Shown one piece after another: positions 23,261-32,901 of a DNA stretch of 64,000 nucleotides; within the stretch, counting starts at the first letter, position 1; every line of letters starts with the position of its first letter. Under the pieces are notes generated by a model. It was not told the origin of the DNA. It saw only the letters and a program-made list of their open reading frames with translations, and did not search any database. This stretch comes from Escherichia coli (GTDB lineage Bacteria; Pseudomonadota; Gammaproteobacteria; Enterobacterales; Enterobacteriaceae). The position numbers and the translations under genes were made by a program. Where the stretch lies: the NCBI RefSeq assembly GCF_009931435.1, contig NZ_CP043414.1; one strand, given 5' to 3'.

Positions 23261-23713
23261 ATGACTAACCTGTTTGTTCGTAGCGGAATTTCTTTTGTCG
23301 ATCGTAGCGAAGTTTTAACCCATATCGGTAATGAGATGCTCGCCAAAGGTGTGGTTCATGATACCTGGCCACAGGCATTAATTGCCAGAGAAGCAGAATT
23401 CCCTACCGGGATAATGCTTGAGCAGCACGCCATTGCAATACCGCATTGTGAGGCGATTCATGCTAAGTCGTCAGCCATTTATCTGTTAAGGCCAACAAAT
23501 AAAGTTCATTTTCAGCAAGCGGATGATGATAACGACGTGGAGGTATCGTTGGTTATTGCGTTGATTGTGGAAAATCCGCAGCAGCAATTGAAACTTTTAC
23601 GCTGTTTATTTGGCAAGTTACAACAGCCCGATATCGTCGAGACACTAATCACTCTTCCTGAAACCCAGTTAAAGGAATACTTCACAAAGTATGTTTTAGA
23701 TTCAGACGAATAA
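23261..23713 (+). CDS. gatA: Galactitol PTS enzyme IIA
   Basis: 150-aa ORF, position in gat operon. Confidence 0.9.
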   Translation: MTNLFVRSGISFVDRSEVLTHIGNEMLAKGVVHDTWPQALIAREAEFPTGIMLEQHAIAIPHCEAIHAKSSAIYLLRPTNKVHFQQADDDNDVEVSLVIALIVENPQQQLKLLRCLFGKLQQPDIVETLITLPETQLKEYFTKYVLDSDE

Positions 23714-23743
23714 ATCCCTCTGTAACAATAAAAAGGACTATTT

Positions 23744-24028
23744 ATGAAACGCAAGATTATTGTCGCTTGCGGAGGCGCGGTTGCGACCTCTACGATGGCG
23801 GCGGAAGAAATTAAAGAGTTGTGTCAGAATCATAATATTCCTGTTGAATTAATCCAGTGTCGGGTTAATGAAATAGAAACCTATATGGATGGTGTGCATT
23901 TGATATGCACCATTGCCAAAGTGGATCGTAGTTTTGGCGATATTCCGTTAGTTCACGGCATGCCTTTTATTTCTGGTGTCGGTATCGAAGCATTACAAAA
24001 TAAAATTCTGACTATCTTACAGGGGTGA
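23744..24028 (+). CDS. gatB: Galactitol PTS enzyme IIB
   Basis: 94-aa ORF with N-terminal Cys motif ([12 protein letters not shown]). Confidence 0.9.
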   Translation: MKRKIIVACGGAVATSTMAAEEIKELCQNHNIPVELIQCRVNEIETYMDGVHLICTIAKVDRSFGDIPLVHGMPFISGVGIEALQNKILTILQG

Positions 24029-24031
24029 CCT

Positions 24032-25387
24032 ATGTTTTCAGAAGTCATGCGTTATATTCTCGACCTCGGCCCTACAGTGATGCTGCCGGTTGTCATCATT
24101 ATTTTTTCTAAAATATTAGGCATGAAGGCAGGCGATTGCTTTAAAGCGGGTCTGCATATCGGGATTGGCTTTGTTGGCATTGGCCTTGTGATTGGCTTAA
24201 TGCTGGATTCCATTGGTCCGGCGGCGAAAGCGATGGCGGAAAATTTCGACCTGAATCTGCATGTGGTCGATGTCGGCTGGCCGGGCTCTTCACCAATGAC
24301 CTGGGCGTCGCAAATTGCGCTGGTGGCGATTCCGATTGCGATATTGGTTAACGTGGCGATGTTACTGACCCGTATGACGCGGGTGGTAAATGTTGATATC
24401 TGGAATATCTGGCATATGACCTTCACCGGCGCGTTGCTGCACCTGGCAACCGGTTCATGGATGATAGGGATGGCAGGTGTGGTAATTCACGCGGCGTTTG
24501 TTTATAAGCTCGGCGACTGGTTTGCCCGCGATACCCGAAATTTCTTTGAGCTGGAAGGTATTGCTATTCCGCACGGTACGTCGGCGTATATGGGGCCGAT
24601 TGCGGTGCTGGTCGATGCTATCATCGAGAAAATCCCAGGCGTTAACCGAATTAAATTTAGCGCCGACGATATTCAGCGCAAATTTGGCCCTTTTGGCGAA
24701 CCTGTCACCGTGGGTTTTGTGATGGGGCTGATTATCGGCATCCTCGCGGGTTACGATGTCAAAGGTGTATTGCAGCTGGCGGTAAAAACGGCGGCAGTTA
24801 TGCTGCTGATGCCACGGGTGATTAAACCCATCATGGATGGTTTAACGCCCATCGCTAAGCAGGCCCGTAGTCGTTTACAGGCGAAGTTCGGCGGTCAGGA
24901 GTTCCTGATTGGCCTGGATCCCGCATTACTGCTGGGGCATACGGCGGTGGTATCGGCAAGCCTGATTTTTATCCCACTCACCATTTTAATTGCTGTTTGT
25001 GTGCCGGGTAATCAGGTGCTGCCGTTTGGCGATCTTGCCACTATCGGCTTCTTTGTGGCGATGGCGGTCGCGGTGCATCGTGGAAATCTGTTCCGCACCT
25101 TAATCTCGGGTGTCATCATTATGAGCATCACCCTGTGGATCGCGACGCAAACTATTGGTTTGCACACCCAACTGGCGGCTAATGCTGGGGCGTTAAAAGC
25201 CGGGGGTATGGTGGCTTCAATGGATCAGGGCGGTTCTCCCATTACCTGGTTACTGATTCAGGTTTTCTCCCCGCAAAATATTCCCGGTTTCATTATTATC
25301 GGTGCAATTTATCTGACCGGTATTTTCATGACCTGGCGTAGAGCGCGTGGCTTTATTAAACAAGAGAAAGTCGTTCTCGCAGAATAA
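24032..25387 (+). CDS. gatC: Galactitol PTS enzyme IIC
   Basis: 451-aa polytopic membrane protein. Confidence 0.9.
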   Translation: MFSEVMRYILDLGPTVMLPVVIIIFSKILGMKAGDCFKAGLHIGIGFVGIGLVIGLMLDSIGPAAKAMAENFDLNLHVVDVGWPGSSPMTWASQIALVAIPIAILVNVAMLLTRMTRVVNVDIWNIWHMTFTGALLHLATGSWMIGMAGVVIHAAFVYKLGDWFARDTRNFFELEGIAIPHGTSAYMGPIAVLVDAIIEKIPGVNRIKFSADDIQRKFGPFGEPVTVGFVMGLIIGILAGYDVKGVLQLAVKTAAVMLLMPRVIKPIMDGLTPIAKQARSRLQAKFGGQEFLIGLDPALLLGHTAVVSASLIFIPLTILIAVCVPGNQVLPFGDLATIGFFVAMAVAVHRGNLFRTLISGVIIMSITLWIATQTIGLHTQLAANAGALKAGGMVASMDQGGSPITWLLIQVFSPQNIPGFIIIGAIYLTGIFMTWRRARGFIKQEKVVLAE

Positions 25388-25434
25388 TTTTTACCTGAGG
25401 GGGAGGTTATCCCCCTTAACAATCAGGAGTTTTT

Positions 25435-26475
25435 ATGAAATCAGTGGTGAATGATACTGATGGTATCGTGCGCGTTGCAGAAAGCGTCATTCCTGAAATT
25501 AAACATCAGGATGAGGTGCGGGTAAAAATTGCCAGCTCGGGCTTATGTGGTTCCGATTTACCCAGGATATTTAAAAATGGTGCACATTATTATCCAATAA
25601 CGTTAGGCCATGAATTTAGCGGCTATATTGATGCGGTGGGATCCGGTGTTGATGATTTACACCCTGGCGATGCGGTTGCCTGTGTGCCGTTATTACCCTG
25701 TTTTACTTGTCCAGAGTGTCTGAAAGGGTTTTATTCCCAGTGCGCAAAATATGATTTTATTGGCTCGCGGCGTGATGGTGGATTTGCTGAATATATTGTC
25801 GTTAAGCGAAAAAATGTCTTTGCTCTACCCACGGATATGCCTATTGAGGATGGGGCTTTTATTGAGCCGATTACCGTTGGTCTGCATGCTTTTCATTTAG
25901 CGCAAGGTTGTGAGAATAAAAACGTTATTATTATTGGTGCCGGAACCATTGGCCTGCTGGCTATTCAGTGCGCTGTCGCGCTGGGAGCAAAGAGTGTGAC
26001 GGCTATCGACATTAGCTCAGAAAAACTGGCACTGGCAAAATCTTTCGGTGCGATGCAAACATTTAACAGTAGCGAAATGAGCGCGCCGCAAATGCAGAGC
26101 GTTTTACGCGAACTGCGTTTTAATCAGCTTATCCTCGAGACGGCTGGCGTACCGCAAACTGTCGAACTGGCGGTAGAGATTGCCGGTCCTCATGCCCAAC
26201 TGGCGCTGGTGGGCACGTTGCATCAGGATCTGCATTTAACATCGGCAACGTTTGGCAAAATATTGCGTAAAGAGCTGACGGTTATCGGCAGTTGGATGAA
26301 CTATTCCAGCCCTTGGCCGGGGCAGGAGTGGGAAACGGCGAGCCGGTTGCTGACAGAACGTAAGTTAAGCCTGGAGCCATTAATCGCTCACCGTGGAAGC
26401 TTTGAAAGCTTCACCCAGGCGGTGCGTGACATCGCTCGTAATGCCATGCCGGGCAAAGTGTTGCTCATTCCATGA
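25435..26475 (+). CDS. gatD: Galactitol-1-phosphate 5-dehydrogenase (Zn-dependent MDR family)
   Basis: 346-aa ORF with zinc-ADH signatures (GHEFSGYI; CxxCxxC; GAGTIG). Confidence 0.95.
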   Translation: MKSVVNDTDGIVRVAESVIPEIKHQDEVRVKIASSGLCGSDLPRIFKNGAHYYPITLGHEFSGYIDAVGSGVDDLHPGDAVACVPLLPCFTCPECLKGFYSQCAKYDFIGSRRDGGFAEYIVVKRKNVFALPTDMPIEDGAFIEPITVGLHAFHLAQGCENKNVIIIGAGTIGLLAIQCAVALGAKSVTAIDISSEKLALAKSFGAMQTFNSSEMSAPQMQSVLRELRFNQLILETAGVPQTVELAVEIAGPHAQLALVGTLHQDLHLTSATFGKILRKELTVIGSWMNYSSPWPGQEWETASRLLTERKLSLEPLIAHRGSFESFTQAVRDIARNAMPGKVLLIP

Positions 26476-26574
26476 AACCGCGGGCCAGCGTGATGCTGGC
26501 CCGGTATTGTGCAAAACAGATCATTCACCAATGGTCCCCCTTCGTTTACACTAGCCACAATTGAATATGGGTAA

Positions 26575-27354
26575 ATGACGATGAATTCATTCGAGCGAAG
26601 GAATAAGATCATCCAATTAGTGAATGAACAGGGAACCGTGCTTGTTCAGGATCTGGCGGGAGTATTTGCTGCCTCGGAAGCGACAATCCGTGCCGATTTG
26701 CGCTTTCTCGAACAAAAAGGCGTGGTTACGCGCTTTCATGGCGGTGCGGCGAAAATAATGTCCGGTAATAGTGAAACCGAGACCCAGGAAGTCGGGTTTA
26801 AAGAGCGATTTCAGCTCGCCAGCGCGCCCAAAAACAGAATAGCGCAGGCGGCAGTCAAAATGATCCATGAAGGGATGACCGTTATTCTCGACAGCGGAAG
26901 TACCACAATGCTTATCGCCGAAGGATTAATGACCGCTAAAAATATCACGGTGATTACCAACAGTCTCCCGGCTGCGTTTGCCCTTTCCGAAAATAAAGAC
27001 ATTACTCTGGTCGTCTGCGGTGGCACGGTCCGCCATAAAACGCGCTCGATGCATGGTTCCATTGCCGAGCGTTCATTGCAGGATATTAATGCCGATTTAA
27101 TGTTTGTCGGTGCTGATGGTATTGATGCGGTTAATGGTATTACGACCTTTAATGAAGGTTATTCGATTAGCGGGGCGATGGTCACCGCCGCTAATAAAGT
27201 GATTGCCGTTCTCGATTCATCGAAATTTAACCGTCGCGGTTTTAATCAGGTACTGCCAATCGAAAAAATTGACATTATTATTACCGATGATGCTGTGTCT
27301 GAGGTGGATAAACTGGCATTGCAGAAGACACGGGTAAAATTAATTACGGTGTAG
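26575..27354 (+). CDS. gatR: DeoR-family repressor of the gat operon (uninterrupted)
   Basis: 259-aa continuous ORF with N-terminal DeoR helix-turn-helix and C-terminal sugar-phosphate-binding domain; no insertion element present. Confidence 0.9.
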   Translation: MTMNSFERRNKIIQLVNEQGTVLVQDLAGVFAASEATIRADLRFLEQKGVVTRFHGGAAKIMSGNSETETQEVGFKERFQLASAPKNRIAQAAVKMIHEGMTVILDSGSTTMLIAEGLMTAKNITVITNSLPAAFALSENKDITLVVCGGTVRHKTRSMHGSIAERSLQDINADLMFVGADGIDAVNGITTFNEGYSISGAMVTAANKVIAVLDSSKFNRRGFNQVLPIEKIDIIITDDAVSEVDKLALQKTRVKLITV

Positions 27355-27365
27355 TATTGTTCTGT

Positions 27366-27399
27366 ATGCCGGATAAGGTATTTACACTGCATCCGGCAT
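27366..27399. repeat. REP element
   Basis: atgccggataaggtatttacactgcatccggcat palindromic unit between gatR and yegS. Confidence 0.6.
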
Positions 27400-27435
27400 T
27401 TCGGATTCTCCCTGGTTCAAGAGAGAATAGTTTGA

Positions 27436-28335
27436 TTAACGCAATAATGGACAATCTGGTGGTAATCGACAACGCAACGCCGCCGGAAGTATTTCAATAT
27501 GAAAGTTTTGTCCGCTCAACGGTTCGCCATCAAGATTAAAAGTGATTTCGTGTGGGGCTTGTATATCAAACCACGACGAAGCGCCTTCGATAATATTCGG
27601 GTTATCTTCGTCAGATTTTAAGGTTGATACGAGAGCCGGAAGAATTTCATCGCCGGTAAAAATGCGCAGTTGCAGCAAGCCATCGTTAATTAACGCGTTC
27701 GGACACAATTGCTGACCGCCACCGGCCTGACGCCCGTTACCAATACCAATGACCAGGGCGTCACCTTGCCAGTGAAAGTTTTCACCGCGGATTTCACAAC
27801 GGTCCGGTTGCAGAGTATCCATGCGCATTAAGCCATGAATGATGTAAGAGACGCCACCCAGCGCGGCTTTTAATTTTTCCGGCGTTTCTGTGGTAATACG
27901 CGTCCCAAATCCGCCTGTCGCCATATTAATAAAACAGGTTTGTTTGTTGACCTGCGCCATATCTATCGCAATGGCGTTACCGGCAATTGCCAGTTTCAGC
28001 GCCTTATCCAGTGCCTCAGGAATCCCTACACTGGTGGCAAAATCATTGGCGGTTCCTAATGGCAAAATTCCCAGCGCGGGTATGTCATCCCCCTCACACT
28101 GAATCAACGCCGTAGAAACTTCATTAATGGTGCCATCGCCACCACCGGCAATCACCGTTGCGACGCCCAACTTCCGGGCCTCCTCTACATATCGTGCGGC
28201 ATCGCCTTTCTCCCAGGTGACCCGCACATGGATCGTCATTCCTTCCTCACGCAACAGCATAATTGCTTCGCGCAAGGGTAGATTGTCAGTACTTTTGCCA
28301 TTAAGAATCAGTAAGCTGGCGGGAAATTCTGCCAT
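27436..28335 (-). CDS. yegS: Lipid kinase YegS (DAGK/sphingosine-kinase-like fold)
   Basis: 299-aa ORF with GGDGT motif ([13 protein letters not shown]). Confidence 0.9.
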   Translation of the reverse strand: MAEFPASLLILNGKSTDNLPLREAIMLLREEGMTIHVRVTWEKGDAARYVEEARKLGVATVIAGGGDGTINEVSTALIQCEGDDIPALGILPLGTANDFATSVGIPEALDKALKLAIAGNAIAIDMAQVNKQTCFINMATGGFGTRITTETPEKLKAALGGVSYIIHGLMRMDTLQPDRCEIRGENFHWQGDALVIGIGNGRQAGGGQQLCPNALINDGLLQLRIFTGDEILPALVSTLKSDEDNPNIIEGASSWFDIQAPHEITFNLDGEPLSGQNFHIEILPAALRCRLPPDCPLLR

Positions 28336-28741
28336 GATCGTATGTGCCTTTATGATTGGTCTGTAGATAGTGTAGAGCAGAAAACAAAAGGTGGAGTCAG
28401 AACAGGATGAAAGTCGGAGGATAAAAAGTCAGTTCAAGTATGGAGGATTCAGTGGTTACCACCAGGAGCTTGCAATGGGGGACAGCGAATACTAACGGCT
28501 GCCACCGATAAATTTCAAAAAAGAGCATATACCTAATATTCAACTAAACAGTGGCATCTTCAATATAATATATTAAAGCCCCCATGGAGTTACCCTGAAG
28601 GGCCTCAATGTCCGTAATTCCTACTTATGTAGGAAATGTTGTACAGAACATTTATTATAATCCTATTCAATTATAATAATCATGCCATTATTATATTTAA
28701 ACACTAGAGAGTGTCGTTGGTATTTAATGGGGGAAGGTGAG

Positions 28742-29059
28742 ATGAAAAAGATAGCTGCTATATCATTAATTAGTATTTTTATTGTGTCTGGTTGTGCTGT
28801 GCATAATGATGAGACAAGTATCGGTAAATTTGGTCTTGCATATAAAAGTAATATTCAGCGTAAACTCGATAACCAATACTACACCGAAGCCGAAGCTTCT
28901 TTAGCCAGGGGCAGAATATCTGGTGCAGAAAATATAGTAAAAAATGATGCAGCCCATTTCTGTGTTACTCAGGGCAAAAAAATGCAGATAGTTGACCTGA
29001 AGACAGAAGGTGCAGGATTACATGGCGTCGCTCGTCTGACATTCAAATGTGGAGAGTGA
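28742..29059 (+). CDS. yegR: Small lipoprotein
   Basis: ATG at 28742 preceded by ggggaaggtgag; MKKIAAISLISIFIVSGCAVH has a lipobox (VSGC); 105 aa. Track ORF carries an unlikely 20-codon extension. Gene symbol from position and size, from memory. Confidence 0.65.
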   Translation: MKKIAAISLISIFIVSGCAVHNDETSIGKFGLAYKSNIQRKLDNQYYTEAEASLARGRISGAENIVKNDAAHFCVTQGKKMQIVDLKTEGAGLHGVARLTFKCGE

Positions 29060-29217
29060 GAATATTTTTTGGTAAGCGTCAAACATGCGCGTTCTGGTTG
29101 TGCTTAGCCGGAACCTGTGCGAGCACGATGCCGTTACGTGAAAGGCATCGTGCTATGAAGGGAGATTCTATCGATGTGGTCAATGGAAGACGGTGACCAG
29201 GGATAGGGCTTATGCAT

Positions 29218-29304
29218 AAAAAATAAGCCCGTGTAAGGGAGATTACACAGGCTAAGGAGGTGGTTCCTGGTACAGCTAGCATTTTATGGGTTATGTTTTT
29301 CAGC
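29218..29304 (-). ncRNA. cyaR: CyaR (RyeE) Hfq-dependent small RNA
   Basis: Minus-strand sequence GCUGAAAAACAUAACCCAUAAAAUGCUAGCUGUACCAGGAACCACCUCCUUAGCCUGUGUAAUCUCCCUUACACGGGCUUAUUUUUU matches the CyaR sequence as I recall it, including the terminator hairpin and U-tail. Confidence 0.85.
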
Positions 29305-29388
29305 GAAACGGATGATAACCTTAATAAATGCAGCTGTATGTGATCGGTTTCTAAGAATTTTCCATCCGGGAAAAATAATCGAAATTAA

Positions 29389-30750
29389 TCACTTACCGTG
29401 GGGGTTACGCGTGGTTTCCCCGGAGAAATGACGCATCAGCAGCGCGTAATTTAGCTCAAGATCCTGCGGCACCGGGAGCCACACAGTATAACCATCGCCT
29501 GGTGCTACCGGCATAGCTTCGCCTTTGGCGTTTTCCATGTGCTCAAGGGTAAAGTTAATGTTGCCTTGCGGCGTCATCAGCTCAAGGCTGTCGCCAACGG
29601 AGAATTTATTTTTCACCGCTACCGCCGCGAGGTCCCCCTTGCGCTCACCGGTAAACTCACCAACAAACTGCTGGCGGTCAGAAACCGAATAACCGTATTC
29701 GTAGTTCTGATAATCGTCGTGAGTATGACGACGCAGGAAACCTTCGGTATAGCCACGATGCGCCAGACCTTCCAGAGTTTCCAGCAGGCTGGTATCGAAC
29801 GGTTTGCCCGCAGCGGCATCATCGATAGCTTTACGATAAACCTGTGCGGTGCGTGCGCAATAGTAGAAAGATTTAGTACGGCCTTCGATCTTCAGCGAAT
29901 GCACGCCCATTTTGGTCAGGCGTTCTACATGGGCGATGGCGCGCAGATCTTTCGAGTTCATGATGTAAGTGCCGTGCTTATCTTCAAACGCGGTCATATA
30001 CTCGCCCGGACGCTGGGCCTCTTCGATCATAAACACTTTGTCGGTTGGTGCGCCGATACCCAGCGTCGGCTCAACATTTTGCACCGGAATCGGCTCGTAC
30101 TTGTGTACGATGTTGCCAACATCATCTTCTTTCCCTTCCTGGACGTTGTACTCCCAGCGGCAGGCGTTGGTGCAGGTGCCCTGGTTCGGGTCGCGCTTGT
30201 TGATATAGCCAGAGAGCAGGCAGCGACCGGAGTAGGCCATGCACAGCGCGCCGTGAACGAAGATCTCGATCTCCATATCCGGCACCTGATTGCGGATCTC
30301 TTCAATCTCTTCCAGCGACAGCTCGCGAGAGAGGATCACGCGGGTCAGGCCCATTTGCTGCCAGAATTTCACCGTCGCCCAGTTCACGGCGTTAGCCTGC
30401 ACCGAAAGGTGGATCGGCATTTCAGGGAAGTGCTCACGCACCAGCATAATCAGCCCTGGATCGGACATAATCAGCGCATCCGGCCCCATTTCCACCACCG
30501 GTTTCAGGTCACGGATAAAGGTTTTCAGCTTGGCGTTGTGCGGTGCAATGTTGACCACGACATAAAACTTTTTCCCCAGCGCGTGGGCTTCATTGATGCC
30601 GAGCTGAAGATTTTCGTGGTTGAATTCGTTGTTGCGCACACGCAGGGAATAACGCGGCTGGCCCGCATAAACAGCATCTGCGCCATAAGCGAAAGCGTAA
30701 CGCATATTTTTCAGCGTTCCCGCCGGGGAAAGGAGTTCCGGTTTAAACAT
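29389..30750 (-). CDS. yegQ: Peptidase U32-family protein
   Basis: 453-aa ORF MFKPELLSPAGTLKNMRYAFAYGADAVYAG, U32 collagenase-like family. Confidence 0.9.
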   Translation of the reverse strand: MFKPELLSPAGTLKNMRYAFAYGADAVYAGQPRYSLRVRNNEFNHENLQLGINEAHALGKKFYVVVNIAPHNAKLKTFIRDLKPVVEMGPDALIMSDPGLIMLVREHFPEMPIHLSVQANAVNWATVKFWQQMGLTRVILSRELSLEEIEEIRNQVPDMEIEIFVHGALCMAYSGRCLLSGYINKRDPNQGTCTNACRWEYNVQEGKEDDVGNIVHKYEPIPVQNVEPTLGIGAPTDKVFMIEEAQRPGEYMTAFEDKHGTYIMNSKDLRAIAHVERLTKMGVHSLKIEGRTKSFYYCARTAQVYRKAIDDAAAGKPFDTSLLETLEGLAHRGYTEGFLRRHTHDDYQNYEYGYSVSDRQQFVGEFTGERKGDLAAVAVKNKFSVGDSLELMTPQGNINFTLEHMENAKGEAMPVAPGDGYTVWLPVPQDLELNYALLMRHFSGETTRNPHGK

Positions 30751-30852
30751 AATTCTCTCGTTCTGATGACAGGTCAGATCCGCTTCACCTGATGAAGCGG
30801 TTAGGGGAGTGCCCCCACTTTAAGGGCGGGCATTGTAGCGCAATCGGCGGGT

Positions 30853-31149
30853 TTAGCTCCAGTGTAAATGTCTGGTGGCGTCCTGGTTTTGGTTAAGGAT
30901 ACGAATGACGATAATTTCCCCTGGTGATTGCAGGAAATAAATGACGTGGCGTTCAAAAGAAAGAACAAAAATACCTTCGCCTAATTCAGGTCTGGGCGTA
31001 CCTATATTATTGTTACTCAGAATCTGGAGAACGTCTGAAAGATGTTCCACATATCTGTCGGCTTGTGGTTCGCCGAAATGGTGATAGCTGTAATACCAGA
31101 TGCCTTCTAAATCCTCATTGGCTTTTGGCATGAGTTTAATAATACGCAC
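30853..31149 (-). CDS. ParE/RelE-superfamily type II toxin
   Basis: 98-aa ORF MRIIKLMPKANEDLEGIWYYSYHHFGEPQADRYVEHLSDVLQILSNN, ParE-like; starts 1 nt after the stop of the upstream antitoxin ORF. Confidence 0.8.
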   Translation of the reverse strand: MRIIKLMPKANEDLEGIWYYSYHHFGEPQADRYVEHLSDVLQILSNNNIGTPRPELGEGIFVLSFERHVIYFLQSPGEIIVIRILNQNQDATRHLHWS

Positions 31150-31150
31150 A

Positions 31151-31402
31151 TTATTTCCTTATCCCTGCTTTCACCTTCCGTAAGAACGCGTCCTTTTCCC
31201 ACGGCTGAGCTTCACCACTACTCAACCCTTCTGCGAGCATGTCACGTAACGCTTGCAGGCGAGACTCTGCTTGCTTTTCTCGAAGTAATCGCAGTGACTC
31301 ACGGATCACTTCGCTTTGGGTGCGATAGTCGCCGGATTCAATTAAGGACTCGATAAATTCACGCAACTCATCGCCGAGATCAACCGTCATCGTTCTGGCC
31401 AT
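31151..31402 (-). CDS. ParD-family type II antitoxin (RHH)
   Basis: MARTMTVDLGDELREFIESLIESGDYRTQSEVIRESLRLLREKQ resembles ParD antitoxins; start chosen at ATG 31402 (83 aa) over the track start at 31447. Confidence 0.8.
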   Translation of the reverse strand: MARTMTVDLGDELREFIESLIESGDYRTQSEVIRESLRLLREKQAESRLQALRDMLAEGLSSGEAQPWEKDAFLRKVKAGIRK

Positions 31403-31617
31403 TTTACGCCCGCCTGTAAGTAAAAATCTTACATCAGTGTATGTCATAAACCGGATAGCGTCACGAAAGTATTAGAAGATATTTTGGCACATGAACATGT
31501 TCAGGAGGATAAGTATGGGATGGTAAACAAAGAAAGCACAACGAGTGCTCGTCAGTGCCCACTATTTTAATGGCGGCGGTTACTCTTAATTATTAATAAC
31601 TAAGCGTTATTTGGATA

Positions 31618-31652
31618 TAAAGCCGGACGCCAACAACCCACGCCCGGCATCG
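31618..31652 (-). terminator. Probable rho-independent terminator of yegP
   Basis: Hairpin gccgggcgtgg...cgtccggc followed by UUUAUAU on the minus-strand transcript, just downstream of the yegP stop. Confidence 0.5.
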
Positions 31653-31655
31653 TAA

Positions 31656-31988
31656 TTACGTATTGTCTTTCACCGTCTGGCTTGTGCCATTGGCTTTAAC
31701 GGAGGCAATTCCGGTTTCACGAGATTGCGCGGTGGCGTACATCTGGCTGGAGCCGATAATTTGATGATTAGCGGCTTTCAGATTGAAATAGAATTTGCCG
31801 TTACTTGCCGTTTTTTTCTCATAGCGTTCTTCTTGCGGGCTGTTGCTACGCACCGACGCGATGCCCTTTTCCGCAGAGGCTTTTGAGGTATACAGCTCGC
31901 TGGTGAGGATAGTCTCACCATTGCCCGCTTTTAGCACAAACCGGAACTGATTATCACTGCTCTTACTGAGTTCAAACCAACCAGCCAT
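31656..31988 (-). CDS. yegP: UPF0339/DUF1508 tandem-repeat protein YegP
   Basis: Internal ATG gives MAGWFELSKSSDNQFRFVLKAGNGETILTSELYTSKASAEKGIASV (110 aa) with two DUF1508-like repeats. Confidence 0.85.
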   Translation of the reverse strand: MAGWFELSKSSDNQFRFVLKAGNGETILTSELYTSKASAEKGIASVRSNSPQEERYEKKTASNGKFYFNLKAANHQIIGSSQMYATAQSRETGIASVKANGTSQTVKDNT

Positions 31989-32178
31989 AATGACTCCTTG
32001 ATTGAAATTGCGTATCGAAAACAGCATCTAAAGGTGCTGTTTACCGATTAAAGTATGAGCGATTTTCTGATGCCTGCCAGGGCGGAGAGATAATGTCAGT
32101 TTGCTGACCATGCGTGGGATAATGTTGCCGGATCTGGTCTGAACGCCATCTCCGGCTAACAAAGTCATGTCGCTAAAA

Positions 32179-32901
32179 CTAAACGATGCGGCAGGCGTCG
32201 GCTTCCCAGCGGTAACCGACGCCGTAAACGGCGCGGATAAATGACTGTTCGGCGTCGAGAGATTCCAGCTTGCGGCGCAGGTTTTTAATGTGGCTGTCGA
32301 TGGTGCGGTCGGTTACTACGCGGTAGTCGTCATAAAGATGATTGAGCAAATGCTCGCGGGAGAACACTTTTCCTGGTTCATGAGAGAGCGTTTTCAGCAG
32401 ACGAAATTCCGCAGGTGTCAGGTCAAGCATTTTACCGCGCCATGAAGCCTGAAAACGACCTTCGTCGATAATCAACGGGCTTTCAGCATCCTGTTGCTGC
32501 AACTCGCGCTGCGGTTTGCAACGGCGCAAAATGGTTTTGACGCGCGCTACCACTTCCCGTGGGCTGTACGGCTTGCAGATGTAGTCATCTGCGCCAATCT
32601 CCAGTCCGAGCAGGCGGTCGATCTCTTCGATTTTTGCCGTCACCATCACGATAGGAATGTCAGAAAAACGACGAATTTCCCGGCACAGCGTCAAGCCATC
32701 GATGCCAGGGAGCATCAGATCCAACAGGATCAGATCCGGTGGTGTCTGGCGCACATACGGCAGTACCTGATCGCCGTGGCTGATAAGCGTCGGCGCATAG
32801 CTCGCAGCACGCAGATAATCAATGAGCAACTGCCCCAGCTTCGGTTCATCTTCCACGATCAAAATACGCGGTGTGTTTTCGTCGATTGGTAACTCGGTCA
32901 T
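32179..32901 (-). CDS. baeR: Envelope-stress response regulator (OmpR family)
   Basis: 240-aa ORF with receiver domain ([11 protein letters not shown]; [14 protein letters not shown]) and winged-helix C-terminus. Confidence 0.95.
   Translation of the reverse strand: MTELPIDENTPRILIVEDEPKLGQLLIDYLRAASYAPTLISHGDQVLPYVRQTPPDLILLDLMLPGIDGLTLCREIRRFSDIPIVMVTAKIEEIDRLLGLEIGADDYICKPYSPREVVARVKTILRRCKPQRELQQQDAESPLIIDEGRFQASWRGKMLDLTPAEFRLLKTLSHEPGKVFSREHLLNHLYDDYRVVTDRTIDSHIKNLRRKLESLDAEQSFIRAVYGVGYRWEADACRIV

Noticed and set aside
26469-26495. Hairpin cgggccagc...ctggcccg after the gatD stop as a terminator
   Set aside because: No T-run follows and gatR starts about 100 nt downstream; at most a weak attenuator, not reported as a feature.
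29539-30792. 417-aa plus-strand ORF antisense to yegQ
   Set aside because: Same reasoning: fully nested antisense to a conserved peptidase gene, with an implausible composition.
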